The notes under the pieces: model-generated
Databases searched by the model: none
Seen by the model: the letters and a program-made list of their open reading frames with translations, nothing else
Told to the model about the DNA's origin: nothing
Source of the DNA: Atractiella rhizophila
Lineage: Eukaryota
NCBI GenBank assembly: GCA_021432655.1
Contig: MU271530.1
Span: 1 to 49,620, forward strand
Reading direction: 5' to 3'
DNA length: 49,620 nucleotides
In this document: positions 1 through 11,543 of the stretch, piece after piece
Numbering within the stretch: position 1 is the first letter of the stretch
Layout: every line of letters starts with the position of its first letter
Translations under genes and position numbers: made by a program

Positions 1-120
1 GAGAGCACTAGGGTGAGTTTCGATGCACGTACAGAACTGGGGTTGAAAGAAGTAGTAGTTGACATGCAGAGATCTTGCTATGTATCAAGCGAAGTGTGGA
101 GAGTCTAACATTGCTATTCG

Positions 121-1498
121 CACATGGTTGAAGTCGCGAGAGTTTTGCACCACCAACGTTCACCTGCTTGAAATGTGCATGGGAATAGTGGAGGTACGCG
201 TCAGTTCAATGGCGCAGCCTTAAGTTGATTTCTTGCTTCACAGCTTGCATTAGAAAGCGGAAACTATCCATTTGTTAAAAGCTATGTCGGAAAAGCTGAA
301 GGTTTGTTCTGTTTGAACTGTCTATCTTTGACTCCTTTCTTTCAAGGCGCCCTTGAATCGATCACCTCCTCTAGTTCGAAGGCACAGACGTCAACCGCTG
401 CTGCTCCCAAACCAGGCACAACCATTTCCGACGCCTACAAGCAATCAGTCCAACATCGTCTCCTGATCGCTTCTTCCATCGCAGACATGGCACTGGGCAA
501 GTTCGCCGAAGCCGCTCGTGGTTTCGTACGCGTCAAAGCTCCCGATCTTCGTACCGTCCTCAATGAAAAAGGAGAGTTGCAAAGCGGTTCTGCAGGTGGC
601 GTTGCTGCAAGTTCAGCCGTGGCCGGAGCACCAACAGCCTCCGCCGCTGCTCCTGGCTCCTCCATCCCTGGTCCCGCTGCATCCACTCCGGTCAGCGCTG
701 GGATCCCTCTTAACGAATTCCTCGTACCTCCTGCAGATATTGGTGTTTATGCAGTGATCTGTGGACTGGCGACCATGAATCGAAAAGAAGTGAAAGAACT
801 TTTGGTAGACAATAACGAACTTCGAGCGATCCTCGATTCCGAAGCCGGACTGCGAGAAATCGTTCGAGAGGTAGGCAGCGGGACTTCATACGGGGCAGCC
901 TTCCGAGCTTTGGGAGTGGAAGTCATTAGCGGAAAGGGGAAAGGAAAATCTACATCTCCGAACCCGAACACATTACGGGTGGGCGAATTGACGAATTTGA
1001 AGGCCAGGTTAGAGCTGGATATTCATCTTGCTGGCAGCAACAAGTTGGAGGTTCTCAGAGGTATGATTAGGGATAAGCTGGTGGCAAGGTATTTTGAACC
1101 GTTTGAGAGGCTGGCGTTGAACCGAATGGGAATTAAATTCGGATGGACTGAGGATGATATCGAGGCTGTCGTCGTTGATTTGATCGAAAGGGGTATTTTA
1201 CAGGGTCGGGTGGACAAACAAGACAGAGTATCTTCTTTCTCATTCTGCGCGCAGACAAAGACTGATGGCCTCATGCCAGGTGCTTGTTGCTCGCTCGCTC
1301 TCTTCGCGGAAAGCAGCCTTCCGTCACGCTCTCAAAATGGGTATGGATGCAGAGAGGCAGACAAATGCTCTGCTCTTGCGGATGAAGTTATTAGAGCTCG
1401 AGATGTATGTAGGGGCGATAAAATCAACAGTAGGAGATGCAGGACCACAACAACAGGGACAAAGTCAAGGTCTCAAGCCTGCTCCTTCGAACAAGTAA
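121..1498 (+). CDS. CSN1: COP9 signalosome subunit 1 (PCI domain), 5'-partial, multi-exon
   Basis: Spliced translation KSREFCTTNVHLLEMCMGIVE / LALESGNYPFVKSYVGKAE / ...DIGVYAVICGLATMNRKEVK...LIERGILQGRVD / ...ALLLRMKL matches CSN1/GPS1 motifs. GT-AG introns at 194-243, 302-347 and 1228-1279. Stop at 1498. The start lies upstream. Confidence 0.88.
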
Positions 1499-1610
1499 TG
1501 CCTGATTGTTGCATTTGTAGAAATGTGTACAATACATCGCAGTTCCTCTGTCAGTCAATATGAAAAACAAATAGCACCTTAGCATGCCATTAGAAAACGG
1601 CCCTTCAGCA

Positions 1611-3194
1611 TCACGATCTTCCCAGCTGGCTGATAAGAATATTCTTACTGTGGCATTGAGATAAAATAGGTCTTAACTCCAAGATCATATCCCTACCTTC
1701 CTTAGGGTCCAGGCTCAATTCTTTTAGATTACACTTCGCACTCCCGAGGTAAAACTCAAGTTCCTGTGCCAAATCGCCAATAGCCCTCTTGTCGTCGAAC
1801 AATTCATGTGAGCAATTCAAAAGAAGCCATCGTAGGCTTTCAGGTAAAGATGTGAAAACCTTGCACAACTCCGGTCCAGAATGAAAGGTCGAGGCTTCGA
1901 AAAAGCCGATATGCAGTGAGAGAGACGTAAGTTTTTGAGGAAGAATTGGGAAGGGATAGGAATAGGGCGTCAAGACTGTCTCGATCGTTGGTAGAAGCAG
2001 TTTCTGGACCAACGATAAACTGCAAGATGTTCTCTCGTCTACATCGATTGCCAGTTGTCGCAAAGGACAAACTTCATCTGGTCTCGTATTTGAATTGCAA
2101 GTAAGCTTGCAATTAAGGAGGTGTAAGGTCGCTAAAAGCTTCATTTCCAGAATCAGGCAAACATCCACTTCCAAGCTGGAGAGATAGAGGGTAGCGAGAT
2201 TCGGTAGGTTGCTTCCAGACAGCGTAGGAAAGAGGAAAACCACAGGCCAAAGTTCTAGTACGTCGCACCACAATTGTTGGAGCGTTGGAGGGAGGAAACG
2301 GATGGACATTTCGGGATCCAGTGAAGGGATCGTGAGTGATTGCAGGTTCGGAAGTCGATGGAGGAATGTGTTGAAGTCAGCTGAATGACCCCGATAGCCA
2401 CTACACTTGATAGACAACAAATTGTCATTTGTTTGTGTCTTGAAAGGTAGTGGCTGGGAAAAATCTGTGGAGCGAAGTCTCGCTGCCAGAACCTTTTGGT
2501 GTGGTGTCACTAGGCAATTTTCGAGTTCGAGAACAAAAAGTTGAGTGAAGTCATGCAATAGTAACTCTGGCACGTTCGTGTTCAGTCCATAAAGGGACAG
2601 AGAGCGTACATTTCCGAGGGATCCTTCCGACGATTTTAACAGTGGCTTGAAAGCCCAACAAGATTGATTTCCCTGACCAACATAAAGGTCGAGAATGGTG
2701 GAATGGTCTCCAAAGTTTGGGAAGAAGAATTTGTGCTGTCCTCTGTGTTGAAAGCCGTAAATCTCCAGCCTTCTCAACGAGCACTGCCCATCTCGAATGG
2801 CGGTAGCAAACAAATTGACCAAGCTTTGGAGTGTCCATCCGACATTGATTAATCGTAGCTCCTGGATCGCATTGAAGGCCGCGCGACGATCTAGGAGGAA
2901 GAGCCATAGTTTCTCTGCCACGGATGGGGACCCAATTTTGAGACGATTTAAAACCAGACCGCGAACTACATTGGTGAATCGTTTGCTGACGACTGAAAGT
3001 CTCAAAAAGGGGCAGACATCGAAAGGATAGGTCGTGCGTTTGTCCTCTAATGTTCCTCGATCAAGCTCACGTGGGAATGAAAGAGTGAAAATGTCATGTA
3101 TGATCTAATCCTTTCTTGGTGAGTGACAATCCCATTGACAACGAACGCTATTTACTCTGTTGAAAATCTCCGGTGGTAGCTGGTTAAGAGACAT
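1611..3194 (-). CDS. F-box / leucine-rich-repeat protein
   Basis: ATG at 3194 gives the F-box-like MSLNQLPPEIFNR. An intron ending at 3105 joins in frame to the 464-aa ORF, which has LRLSVVSKRF and repeated LxxLxL units (LPNLQSLTI, LPNLATLYL, LRWLLLN). Confidence 0.75.
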
Positions 3195-3618
3195 GACTGC
3201 AGTCTATGGCTAGTAAACAAACCTGCGAATCAACGTAGTGTGAAGACACTTTGCTCAGCTTCGAAGGCTGCTTGGTTGTTCTCGCACTACAAAGCGGTCA
3301 TGACGACCTGACTTCTCCGGCACGGTAACACAGCAGAGTTCTGTTTCTCGAAATCGAATGTCACCAATATCAACTGTGGGAACTTCTGCATCTGTTTCAG
3401 CTTCAATATTGCAAAATGGTAGTCATGTCAATGGTCCCTTGTTCCTTTCGGAGCCGATAACACAATTTGCGGTGCTACGACAAGGATACCTCATTAGGCA
3501 AAGGATCCAAATCAACAATGCAGGTATTTCGCCAGATACATGAAGGTATCATTAAGACACAAGTTGAAATGACGAATGAACAAAAGTAACAGATCCAAAG
3601 CGATTAGGCGACCAGCAA

Positions 3619-6193
3619 TCAATTCTTCTTCCCCGACTTCTTGCCCTTCGCCTTCTTCTTCGGCTGATTCACTTCCTCATCTTCCTCTTCCGTGAATGCC
3701 TTCTTTCCTTTCTTCTTTGGAGGCGGTGCGGCATCATTCTCCTCCTCTCCTTCCTCTTGGTCTTCCTCCTCCCCTTCTTCTGCTTCTGCCTCCTCCTCCG
3801 CTTGTCGCATACTCATCTGTGACATGGACTGCTCGCGGCGCAAGGTGTCAGGATCGGGGAGTACCATTCCAGCCTCATCTTCGGGCACCCGTCGGGATTG
3901 TGCAAAGAACAGCTCAGCGTGGATTTGGGCGATGTTTTTGATTGCGTAGGTGTTACCTGTAATAAATTCCACCATGAATTCGATAAAAAGAGGTATGAGC
4001 GAACATACCGCGAGGCACCATGAACATCCCCCTTGGACCTATTGTGAATTTTGTGCCATGAACAGTAACTTCGACGGCTCCTTCAAGCACGATAAAAATC
4101 TATTTATCAAACCGATGAGCTTTTTGAATAACAGGAAGAAGCAAAACGAACGTAGGAGTTGTCTCGTGCTGGTTTGATAGGCTTTTCACCAGAAGGAGCT
4201 GGATCCAGCCTAAGAATACCTCCAGCTAGGTAATCTAGCTCATTGAAGATCTTTTGAAACTCGAATGTTTTCGTTCCCGATCCCTTGAGGTTCATCATGC
4301 GATGAGTGAAAGCAATCCCTAGATTCCCATGTCACTGTTAAAGCTAACGAAGAGAAGGATAAACGGACGTCGTTCGATTTCACAATCGCCTTCATAGTTC
4401 CAAACCCTGACTTCCGACTCCGTCCTCTTGTCGCAGTTCTCCACTGGATAAGCCTTCCCATTTGGCCCAATGCAAAAGACTTGTGGCTTGGTGTTCTTCG
4501 CGTTCTGAGCACCGGGAGGAGCAACAGAGGCGCTCCGTTCCCGTTTAACACCCCTCTTCCCATATTTCTTCTGAGGTAAGAATTGTCGTTCAGCTTCTGG
4601 CATCTCTAACACCTCCTGCAACTCGAAACCGCCGCCAGTGACTCTCTTGTAGATAACCTTCTCACCGCAATACCCCCTTACCGGACGAATCCTTACGCGA
4701 TTCGATCGTCGAACTATGGCGCCAATAAGCGTCGTACAGGTGGGATAAGAAAAGCATACCGCCCTGGTTCTCCTCGTCCGAATCTTCAAGCTCCCTCCTA
4801 CCGCGTTTCATACCTCGTGGCGCAACTGCCGACCGAGAGCCCCCCCGTCGTTGAGCCTCATTGGTCTTCTTCGTCACGAGTTCAGACTTGTAATTATGCT
4901 GACCTTCTTCTTCCTCCTCCTCTTCAGGTATAGCTTCCAACGCGTCTTGAAACCCGCCACCATCGTCAACCCATTCTTCCCCCTGCTCATCCTCACCACC
5001 CTCCTCCTCATCCTCGACTTCTCTCACAGTAGCTTTTCCCTTCCCCCGAGGGCTGCGGCTCAGCGGCTCAAAGCGATCATCAAGTCCTGTCTCCCTTGTC
5101 GTTAAATTGCTCCCTTCGTCTCCATCCCCACTGTCTTGTTGGGCTGTCCCACTCCTTCGTGAACCTCTCGAGGTACCTGCGCGCGGAGAGCCTGAGGTGT
5201 CTAAATCTGCCCGATTCGCGAGGGGATGGACTGGGAGTTGGTGCTTCGCACGAGACTGGGACGCACCAAAGCGATGCGGGGAGCCAATGCGGGCAATGGG
5301 GGAGACGGAAAGGTTGACGCTGATGTTGGGATCTCGATGCTGGGGATTGGCTGGTGTGGATATCTTTGCTCGGACGCTTGGGTGGAGGCGAGGTGTGGAT
5401 GAATTTACTATAAGCGTAATTCAAGGCTTGAGCTCCAATCATGATTGCAGAAGCGAGATACGAACCTAAAGACATGGATTGTTCGCCATAGCCGCCACCA
5501 TCGTCCTCGTCTTGATCCGGAGGGGGGATTCCGAGATCAGGATTCCCAGCGACAAATGCAAGCGTCTCGTCTTCGTCAAAGGTTCGTTCTGCAGATTGTG
5601 GTGGGTTTTGGGCAAAGAATCGCTCTGGTCTTTCAAAGCCATTGGAATCGAGCGAGGTTTGGCTAATTTCAATGCCTGTGAACCTGAGAGGGCAATCAGC
5701 ACTGAGATCTACCAGAATGCACCGCAAATATGCTCTGCTTGGCCAAAGTGAGTATGTTAAAGAAGCATAAGCCGCTAGCCTGACTGGCACATTGCAGGGA
5801 ACATGTAATCTTCTTTGAACCCAAGACTCTTTCCCTTGCACACCTCTTTTTCACAAGTTGAAACAAAGACGCACCTTCCCTTCTTCCCAATCTCGTTAAA
5901 CTGCGCATTCCTCTCGCTCCCTCTTTTCTTCTTCCCCTTCACACCACTTGCGCCGACACCACCTTTGTCTGGCGACATAGCAGCGAGATAGGGATCCTCA
6001 AACATGTCATCATCATCCGCACCTCCATTGCCCGATATACCAAATGTTCTACGAGGAGCGTGGGGTAGTTCAACTCCAGTGAATCTATGCAAGCTCTGTC
6101 AACATACAAACGACCAACGTTGGATCAAACTCACCGTCCTTTCTTCCCAATTTCATTAAACTGAGCAGGTTTCGTTTTCGCCTTGGAAGCCAT
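3619..6193 (-). CDS. MIF2: Inner kinetochore protein Mif2/CENP-C, multi-exon
   Basis: N-terminal FNEIGKKGR-FTG motif (Mif2_N-like), acidic disordered middle, CENP-C motif RRSNRVRIRP...GEKVIY at 4649-4713, and C-terminal cupin (FQKIF...AGGILRL...KPARDNSY...GMFMVPRGNTYAIKN...LFFAQSR). Confidence 0.88.
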
Positions 6194-6820
6194 CGCGCAA
6201 AATTACGGTGTGACGCGAATCCGCAAATATTCGCAACGGATGGATGATACAAGGATGGTGGTCTGCAGTTGGTGTATCTTTTCACGTGACTTGAAATGTG
6301 GTGTTTTGAGTGACAAAGAATCCCACGAAACCCATAATTCCCATCTCATATTCATGCTCACCGACAGTAGGCATTTTGACATCTTCAGGGTTTTGTGTAG
6401 GCTAGGAGAGTGGCTGGATGGAGTTGTATCATTGTCTTCAGGGGAGTGAGAGTACGCCCGTTCATTGCGAGCATCGAGAGTGCATACACCGTTAACAATC
6501 CACGTTAATAGTCTTGCAAAATATTTGCAGGCTTTCTACCGATGCGTGCAAAGATTCTTGGTCATCCAGCAATGGCTTGGTTACTTCACTCCACCAGATG
6601 GAAAGCTGCAGCGTATGTGGAATGCTGATGTTATGGAAACTTCTGGTTATGACCATCGCGCGGATGCTGGCGAGGCAGCTTTCGGGGGCATCAACGGCGC
6701 AGTGGGACATTGTAACCGTTGACTTCCGGCTGACATGAGCTCCGACGTTTTCGGATGAGTGTACTCTTCGCTCCATCGCCGTTGACCAGTAGACCTAGAC
6801 CTGTCTGAAAGCTTCAGTCC

Positions 6821-6828
6821 TATAAAAG
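6821..6828 (+). promoter_or_regulatory. TATA box upstream of HD-hydrolase copy A
   Basis: TATAAAAG about 60 nt before the ATG at 6879. Equivalent TATAAAA elements lie before both B copies (about 8274 and 10423). Confidence 0.55.
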
Positions 6829-6878
6829 AAAATACACCATGTCGCCTCAGGCTGATGTTTCCGAAACCGTCAGGCAAA

Positions 6879-7810
6879 ATGTCAACCGTTCCGTCACCTG
6901 CTTATTTGTACCTCTCCAGCCTTAACTTACCACCTCCCTCTTCTCCGCTCCTGAATACGGCAGGATTTTTCGATGTCCCTTCCACCCCTCTTACCAAAAA
7001 GGCAGTTGCCTTGATGGAAAATTTACTTCCGACGTGGGGACTGAATCATTGTTACCGTACTTTCTGTTACGCGCTTGCTATTACGTCTGCAGCAAGATGG
7101 GACAGATCTCCACAAGCGGAGAAGTTTGGCTGGGATAGGGAGGCGATCTTTCTCGCCTGTTTCCTACATGATATTGGATGGGATGAAAAGGAAGCGGAGG
7201 GAGAAGATGGGAAGAGGTCGAGGCTCAGCTTTGAAATATTTGGCGGGATCAAAGCTCGTGAAGCTCTGCTGAAGTGGGGCGCTAATCGATCCCTAGCGGA
7301 TGAAGTTTGTGAGGCTATTGTGAGGCACACAGTATGCAGCTCCCATTATTCCGCCCATCAGGTAGAGATAGTGACATTTCCGTAGGAAAGAGAACATTCA
7401 GGAGGCAGTATGTTGCGTTCCATCTGACACCCTGCCTCGTTGGTGACTTTCCGGTTCTTGCAGTACGACTCTTGCAAGCTTGCGTCAATCTCGGCGCAGG
7501 ACAGGATATTGTCGGTTGGGCAGTCCCATCTCTGGTCCATCCCCTAGATCACGCATACATCATGCAGACGTACCCACGTGTTGGCTTTACAGATGAATTT
7601 TTGACATTGGCGGGAAAAGAATGGACGCATAAACCTGGTTGTCTTTTCGAGAAAGAAAGGGAACCCGTCGCTGCGTTTTTGACCGAGAACCTGGATCATT
7701 GGAGGGAGTTAGATGGTGAACGGGAAGCGGAGGAGTTGAAAGCGAATTGGAGAGAGAGGAGGCTCAGAGTTGATTTGGACAGCATGACGTTGGATGGAGT
7801 TCCTTTTTGA
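6879..7810 (+). CDS. HD-domain metal-dependent hydrolase, cyanamide hydratase (Ddi2/Ddi3)-like, copy A
   Basis: LNHCYRTFCY...ACFLHDIG...LSFEIFGG...DEVCEAIVRH. Two introns (7332-7385 and about 7408-7463) give RHT-EREHSGG-IRLLQACVNLGAGQDIVG...YPRVGF...KPGC. An alternative in-frame ATG is at 6855. Confidence 0.85.
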
Positions 7811-8337
7811 GCACGATTTTTGAGTCTCCATACATAATGGTAAACAATGTTTTACTTCTCTCGTTTCACCATGTCTGGATAAAACATGTATCGAGCAGCC
7901 ACCAGTTCCGAACGCTAGGCGCTCCGCACTGCAGGATGCCATGGGCTGTTACTGCAATCAGTCATTCCAGCCTCTGTTAGGTTACGCAGACCTTGCCGAT
8001 GTGTTAAGAGCGCTACTCTCGAAATGGAAGCTGGCGTCTTCGGTTGTAGTACTTGTAACGCTGCAGAGGCCAAGTCTGCTTCAACCAGTATTCCATATCT
8101 CACATCGGGTGGTGCTTAGTGGCGCCCGTCGCGTTCCCGCTCACCGACAGCCTAACTTCAAATGCAGCCGTACACCGTATCGTACCAACAGACTCGCCCA
8201 GGTAGCGGATGTGTCACCGTCGACCTTCTAGTCATCACAGTATCCGCGCCAGTGATGTCCTAGCGATGGGCAGTATAAAATGAGGACTGAAAGCAGCTGT
8301 TTTTAACAAGTTAAGAAGTTGTGATATCATCGCAATC

Positions 8338-8759
8338 ATGAAGACGATTCCTCAAACGATTCGAAGCCAACTTGCCAATGGCAAGTTTCCTCCTCCTGCC
8401 TTTGCCATTCCCAACCCGGCCGACTTCTTCTCCATCCCTTCTACTCCGCTCACCCAAAAGTCGATCGTCCTGATGGAGAACTTGCTTCCCAAGTGGGGGC
8501 TGAATCACTGCTATCGCACGTTCTGTTACGCTCTAGCGATTGCCGAACTCACGGGTTGGAACAAGTCGCCTCACGCCGAAGAATTGGAATGGGATAGAGA
8601 AGCGATATTTCTAGCGTGTATTCTGCACGATATTGGGTGGGATGAGAAGGATTGCATCAGGGACGATGCGAAACTATCGAGGCTCAGTTTCGAAATCTTT
8701 GGTGGCATAAAGGCGCGCGAAGGGTTGCTCAAGTGGGGAGCTACGCGTTACGTGGCGGA
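8338..8759 (+). CDS. HD-domain hydrolase copy B1, 5' part, truncated by assembly gap
   Basis: MKTIPQTIRS...LNHCYRTF...ILHDIG...LSFEIFGG runs into Ns. Confidence 0.85.
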
Positions 8760-9679
8760 NNNNNNNNNNNNNNNNNNNNNNNNNNNNNNNNNNNNNNNNN
8801 NNNNNNNNNNNNNNNNNNNNNNNNNNNNNNNNNNNNNNNNNNNNNNNNNNNNNNNNNNNNNNNNNNNNNNNNNNNNNNNNNNNNNNNNNNNNNNNNNNNN
8901 NNNNNNNNNNNNNNNNNNNNNNNNNNNNNNNNNNNNNNNNNNNNNNNNNNNNNNNNNNNNNNNNNNNNNNNNNNNNNNNNNNNNNNNNNNNNNNNNNNNN
9001 NNNNNNNNNNNNNNNNNNNNNNNNNNNNNNNNNNNNNNNNNNNNNNNNNNNNNNNNNNNNNNNNNNNNNNNNNNNNNNNNNNNNNNNNNNNNNNNNNNNN
9101 NNNNNNNNNNNNNNNNNNNNNNNNNNNNNNNNNNNNNNNNNNNNNNNNNNNNNNNNNNNNNNNNNNNNNNNNNNNNNNNNNNNNNNNNNNNNNNNNNNNN
9201 NNNNNNNNNNNNNNNNNNNNNNNNNNNNNNNNNNNNNNNNNNNNNNNNNNNNNNNNNNNNNNNNNNNNNNNNNNNNNNNNNNNNNNNNNNNNNNNNNNNN
9301 NNNNNNNNNNNNNNNNNNNNNNNNNNNNNNNNNNNNNNNNNNNNNNNNNNNNNNNNNNNNNNNNNNNNNNNNNNNNNNNNNNNNNNNNNNNNNNNNNNNN
9401 NNNNNNNNNNNNNNNNNNNNNNNNNNNNNNNNNNNNNNNNNNNNNNNNNNNNNNNNNNNNNNNNNNNNNNNNNNNNNNNNNNNNNNNNNNNNNNNNNNNN
9501 NNNNNNNNNNNNNNNNNNNNNNNNNNNNNNNNNNNNNNNNNNNNNNNNNNNNNNNNNNNNNNNNNNNNNNNNNNNNNNNNNNNNNNNNNNNNNNNNNNNN
9601 NNNNNNNNNNNNNNNNNNNNNNNNNNNNNNNNNNNNNNNNNNNNNNNNNNNNNNNNNNNNNNNNNNNNNNNNNNNNNNN
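8760..9679. other. Assembly gap (N run)
   Basis: 920 Ns. Confidence 1.
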
Positions 9680-9952
9680 CATCCCCTAGATCACGCATAC
9701 ATCATGCAGACGTACCCACGTGTTGGCTTTACAGATGAATTTTTGACATTGGCGGGAAAAGAATGGACGCATAAACCTGGTTGTCTTTTCGAGAAAGAAA
9801 GGGAACCCGTCGCTGCTTTTTTGACCGAGAACCTGGATCATTGGAGGGAGTTAGATGGTGAACGGGAAGCGGAGGAGTTGAAAGCGAATTGGAGAGAGAG
9901 GAGGCTCAGAGTTGATTTGGACAGCATGACGTTGGATGGAGTTCCTTTTTGA
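9680..9952 (+). CDS. HD-domain hydrolase, 3' part identical in protein to copy A
   Basis: HPLDHAYIMQTYPRVGF...TLDGVPF* is the same as 7538-7810. Confidence 0.85.
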   Translation, partial: HPLDHAYIMQTYPRVGFTDEFLTLAGKEWTHKPGCLFEKEREPVAAFLTENLDHWRELDGEREAEELKANWRERRLRVDLDSMTLDGVPF

Positions 9953-10488
9953 GCACGATTTTTGAGTCTCCATACATAATGGTAAACAATGTTTTACTTC
10001 TCTCGTTTCACCATGTCTGGATAAAACATGTATCGAGCAGCCACCAGTTCCGAACGCTAGGCGCTCCGCACTGCAGGATGCCATGGGCTGTTACTGCAAT
10101 CAGTCATTCCAGCCTCTGTTAGGTTACGCAGACCTTGCCGATGTGTTAAGAGCGCTACTCTCGAAATGGAAGCTGGCGTCTTCGGTTGTAGTACTTGTAA
10201 CGCTGCAGAGGCCAAGTCTGCTTCAACCAGTATTCCATATCTCACATCGGGTGGTGCTTAGTGGCGCCCGTCGCGTTCCCGCTCACCGACTGCCTAACTT
10301 CAAATGCAGCCGTACACCGTATCATACCAAATACCAACAGACTCGCCCAGTAGCGGATGTGTCACCGTCGACCTTCTAGTCATCAGCAGTATCCGCGCCA
10401 GTGATGTCCTAGCGCTGGGCAATATAAAAGGAGGGTGGAAAGCACCTGCTTTTAACAAGTTAAGACGTTGCGATATCATCATCGCATC

Positions 10489-11543
10489 ATGAAGACGATT
10501 CCTCAAACGATTCGAAGCGAGCTTGCCAATGGCAAGTTCCCTCCTCCTGCCTTTGCCATTCCCAACCCTGCGGACTTCTTCTCCATCCCTTCTACTCCCC
10601 TCACCCAAAAGTCGATCGTCCTGATGGAGAACTTGCTTCCCAAGTGGGGGCTGAATCACTGCTATCGCACTTTCTGCTACGCTCTAGCGATTGCCGAACT
10701 CACAGGTTGGAACAAGTCGCCGCACGCCGAAGAATTTGAATGGGACAGAGAAGCGATATTTCTAGCGTGTATTCTGCACGATATTGGGTGGGATGAGGAG
10801 GAGTGCATCAGGGAAGATGCGAAACTATCGAGGCTCAGTTTCGAAATCTTTGGTGGCATAAAGGCGCGCGAAGGGTTGCTCAAGTGGGGAGCTACGCGTT
10901 ACGTGGCGGATGAAGTTTGTGAGGCAATCATTAGACATTCCGTCCGTATTCTAAGCTTTGTCTATAACTTCAAATATTGAATACACAATTTTAGGATATG
11001 CTGGATGGACCTGGAAGCAGTACGTCCCCTTTGAGCCTTCCCCTATAAAAGCTAATATGCTCCTAGTGCGCCTTCTTCAAGCATGCGTTATGTTAGGTGC
11101 AACGCACGACATCATAAATTGGGGCNNNNNNNNNNNNNNNNNNNNNNNNNNNNNNNNNNNNNNNNNNNNNNNNNNNNNNNNNNNNNNNNNNNNNNNNNNN
11201 NNCCTTCTTCAAGCATGCGTTATGTTAGGTGCAACGCACGACATCATAAATTGGGGCAAGAGACTGTCATCCATCCTGCAGATCAAGAGTACATCATCGG
11301 CGCGTACCCTCGTCACGGGTTCACAGAAGAGCTTCACGCGTTGATTCACAAAGAATGGACGCATAAACCAGGTTGTCTCTTTGAGAAACAGACGGAGCCG
11401 TTCGTGGCTATTTTACAGCTAACCTTGAAGCGGCGAAGGAAACGGACGGACCACGCCAGAGTGAACAGGAGAAGGAGCAGTATCTCAAGAGGCGGATGAG
11501 AGTTGATTTGGATAACATGACGCTTGATGGTTCTCCTTTCTGA
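10489..11543 (+). CDS. HD-domain hydrolase copy B2 (internal gap and an apparent 1-nt frameshift)
   Basis: Same motifs and same two intron positions as copy A (RHS|DMLDGPGS|MRLLQACVMLGATHDIINW). The C-terminal RVDLDNMTLDGSPF* is reached only after a frameshift near 11411-11414. Confidence 0.82.
11126..11202. other. Assembly gap with duplicated flanks
   Basis: Ns flanked by the same roughly 55-nt sequence on both sides (11071-11125 and from 11203). Confidence 0.95.

Larger units (their letters stand above)
7538..10909 (+). repeat. About 1.2 kb direct repeat: 7538-8759 recurs at 9680-10909
   Basis: The 3' end of HD gene A, the spacer and the 5' end of HD gene B are present twice, separated by a 920-N gap. 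The copies are nearly identical at the left and more diverged in the B promoter and coding part. Confidence 0.95.

Noticed and set aside
304..3194. CSN1 next to an F-box gene, with CTLH and BTB genes elsewhere, as a ubiquitin-system cluster
   Set aside because: These families are common, the genes are scattered among unrelated housekeeping genes, and nothing suggests co-regulation.
8652..9738. Long ORFs of 313-466 aa spanning the gap
   Set aside because: They are artefacts of translating Ns.
11071..11257. 55-nt direct repeat inside HD copy B2
   Set aside because: It flanks an N gap exactly, so it is an unmerged contig overlap rather than biology.
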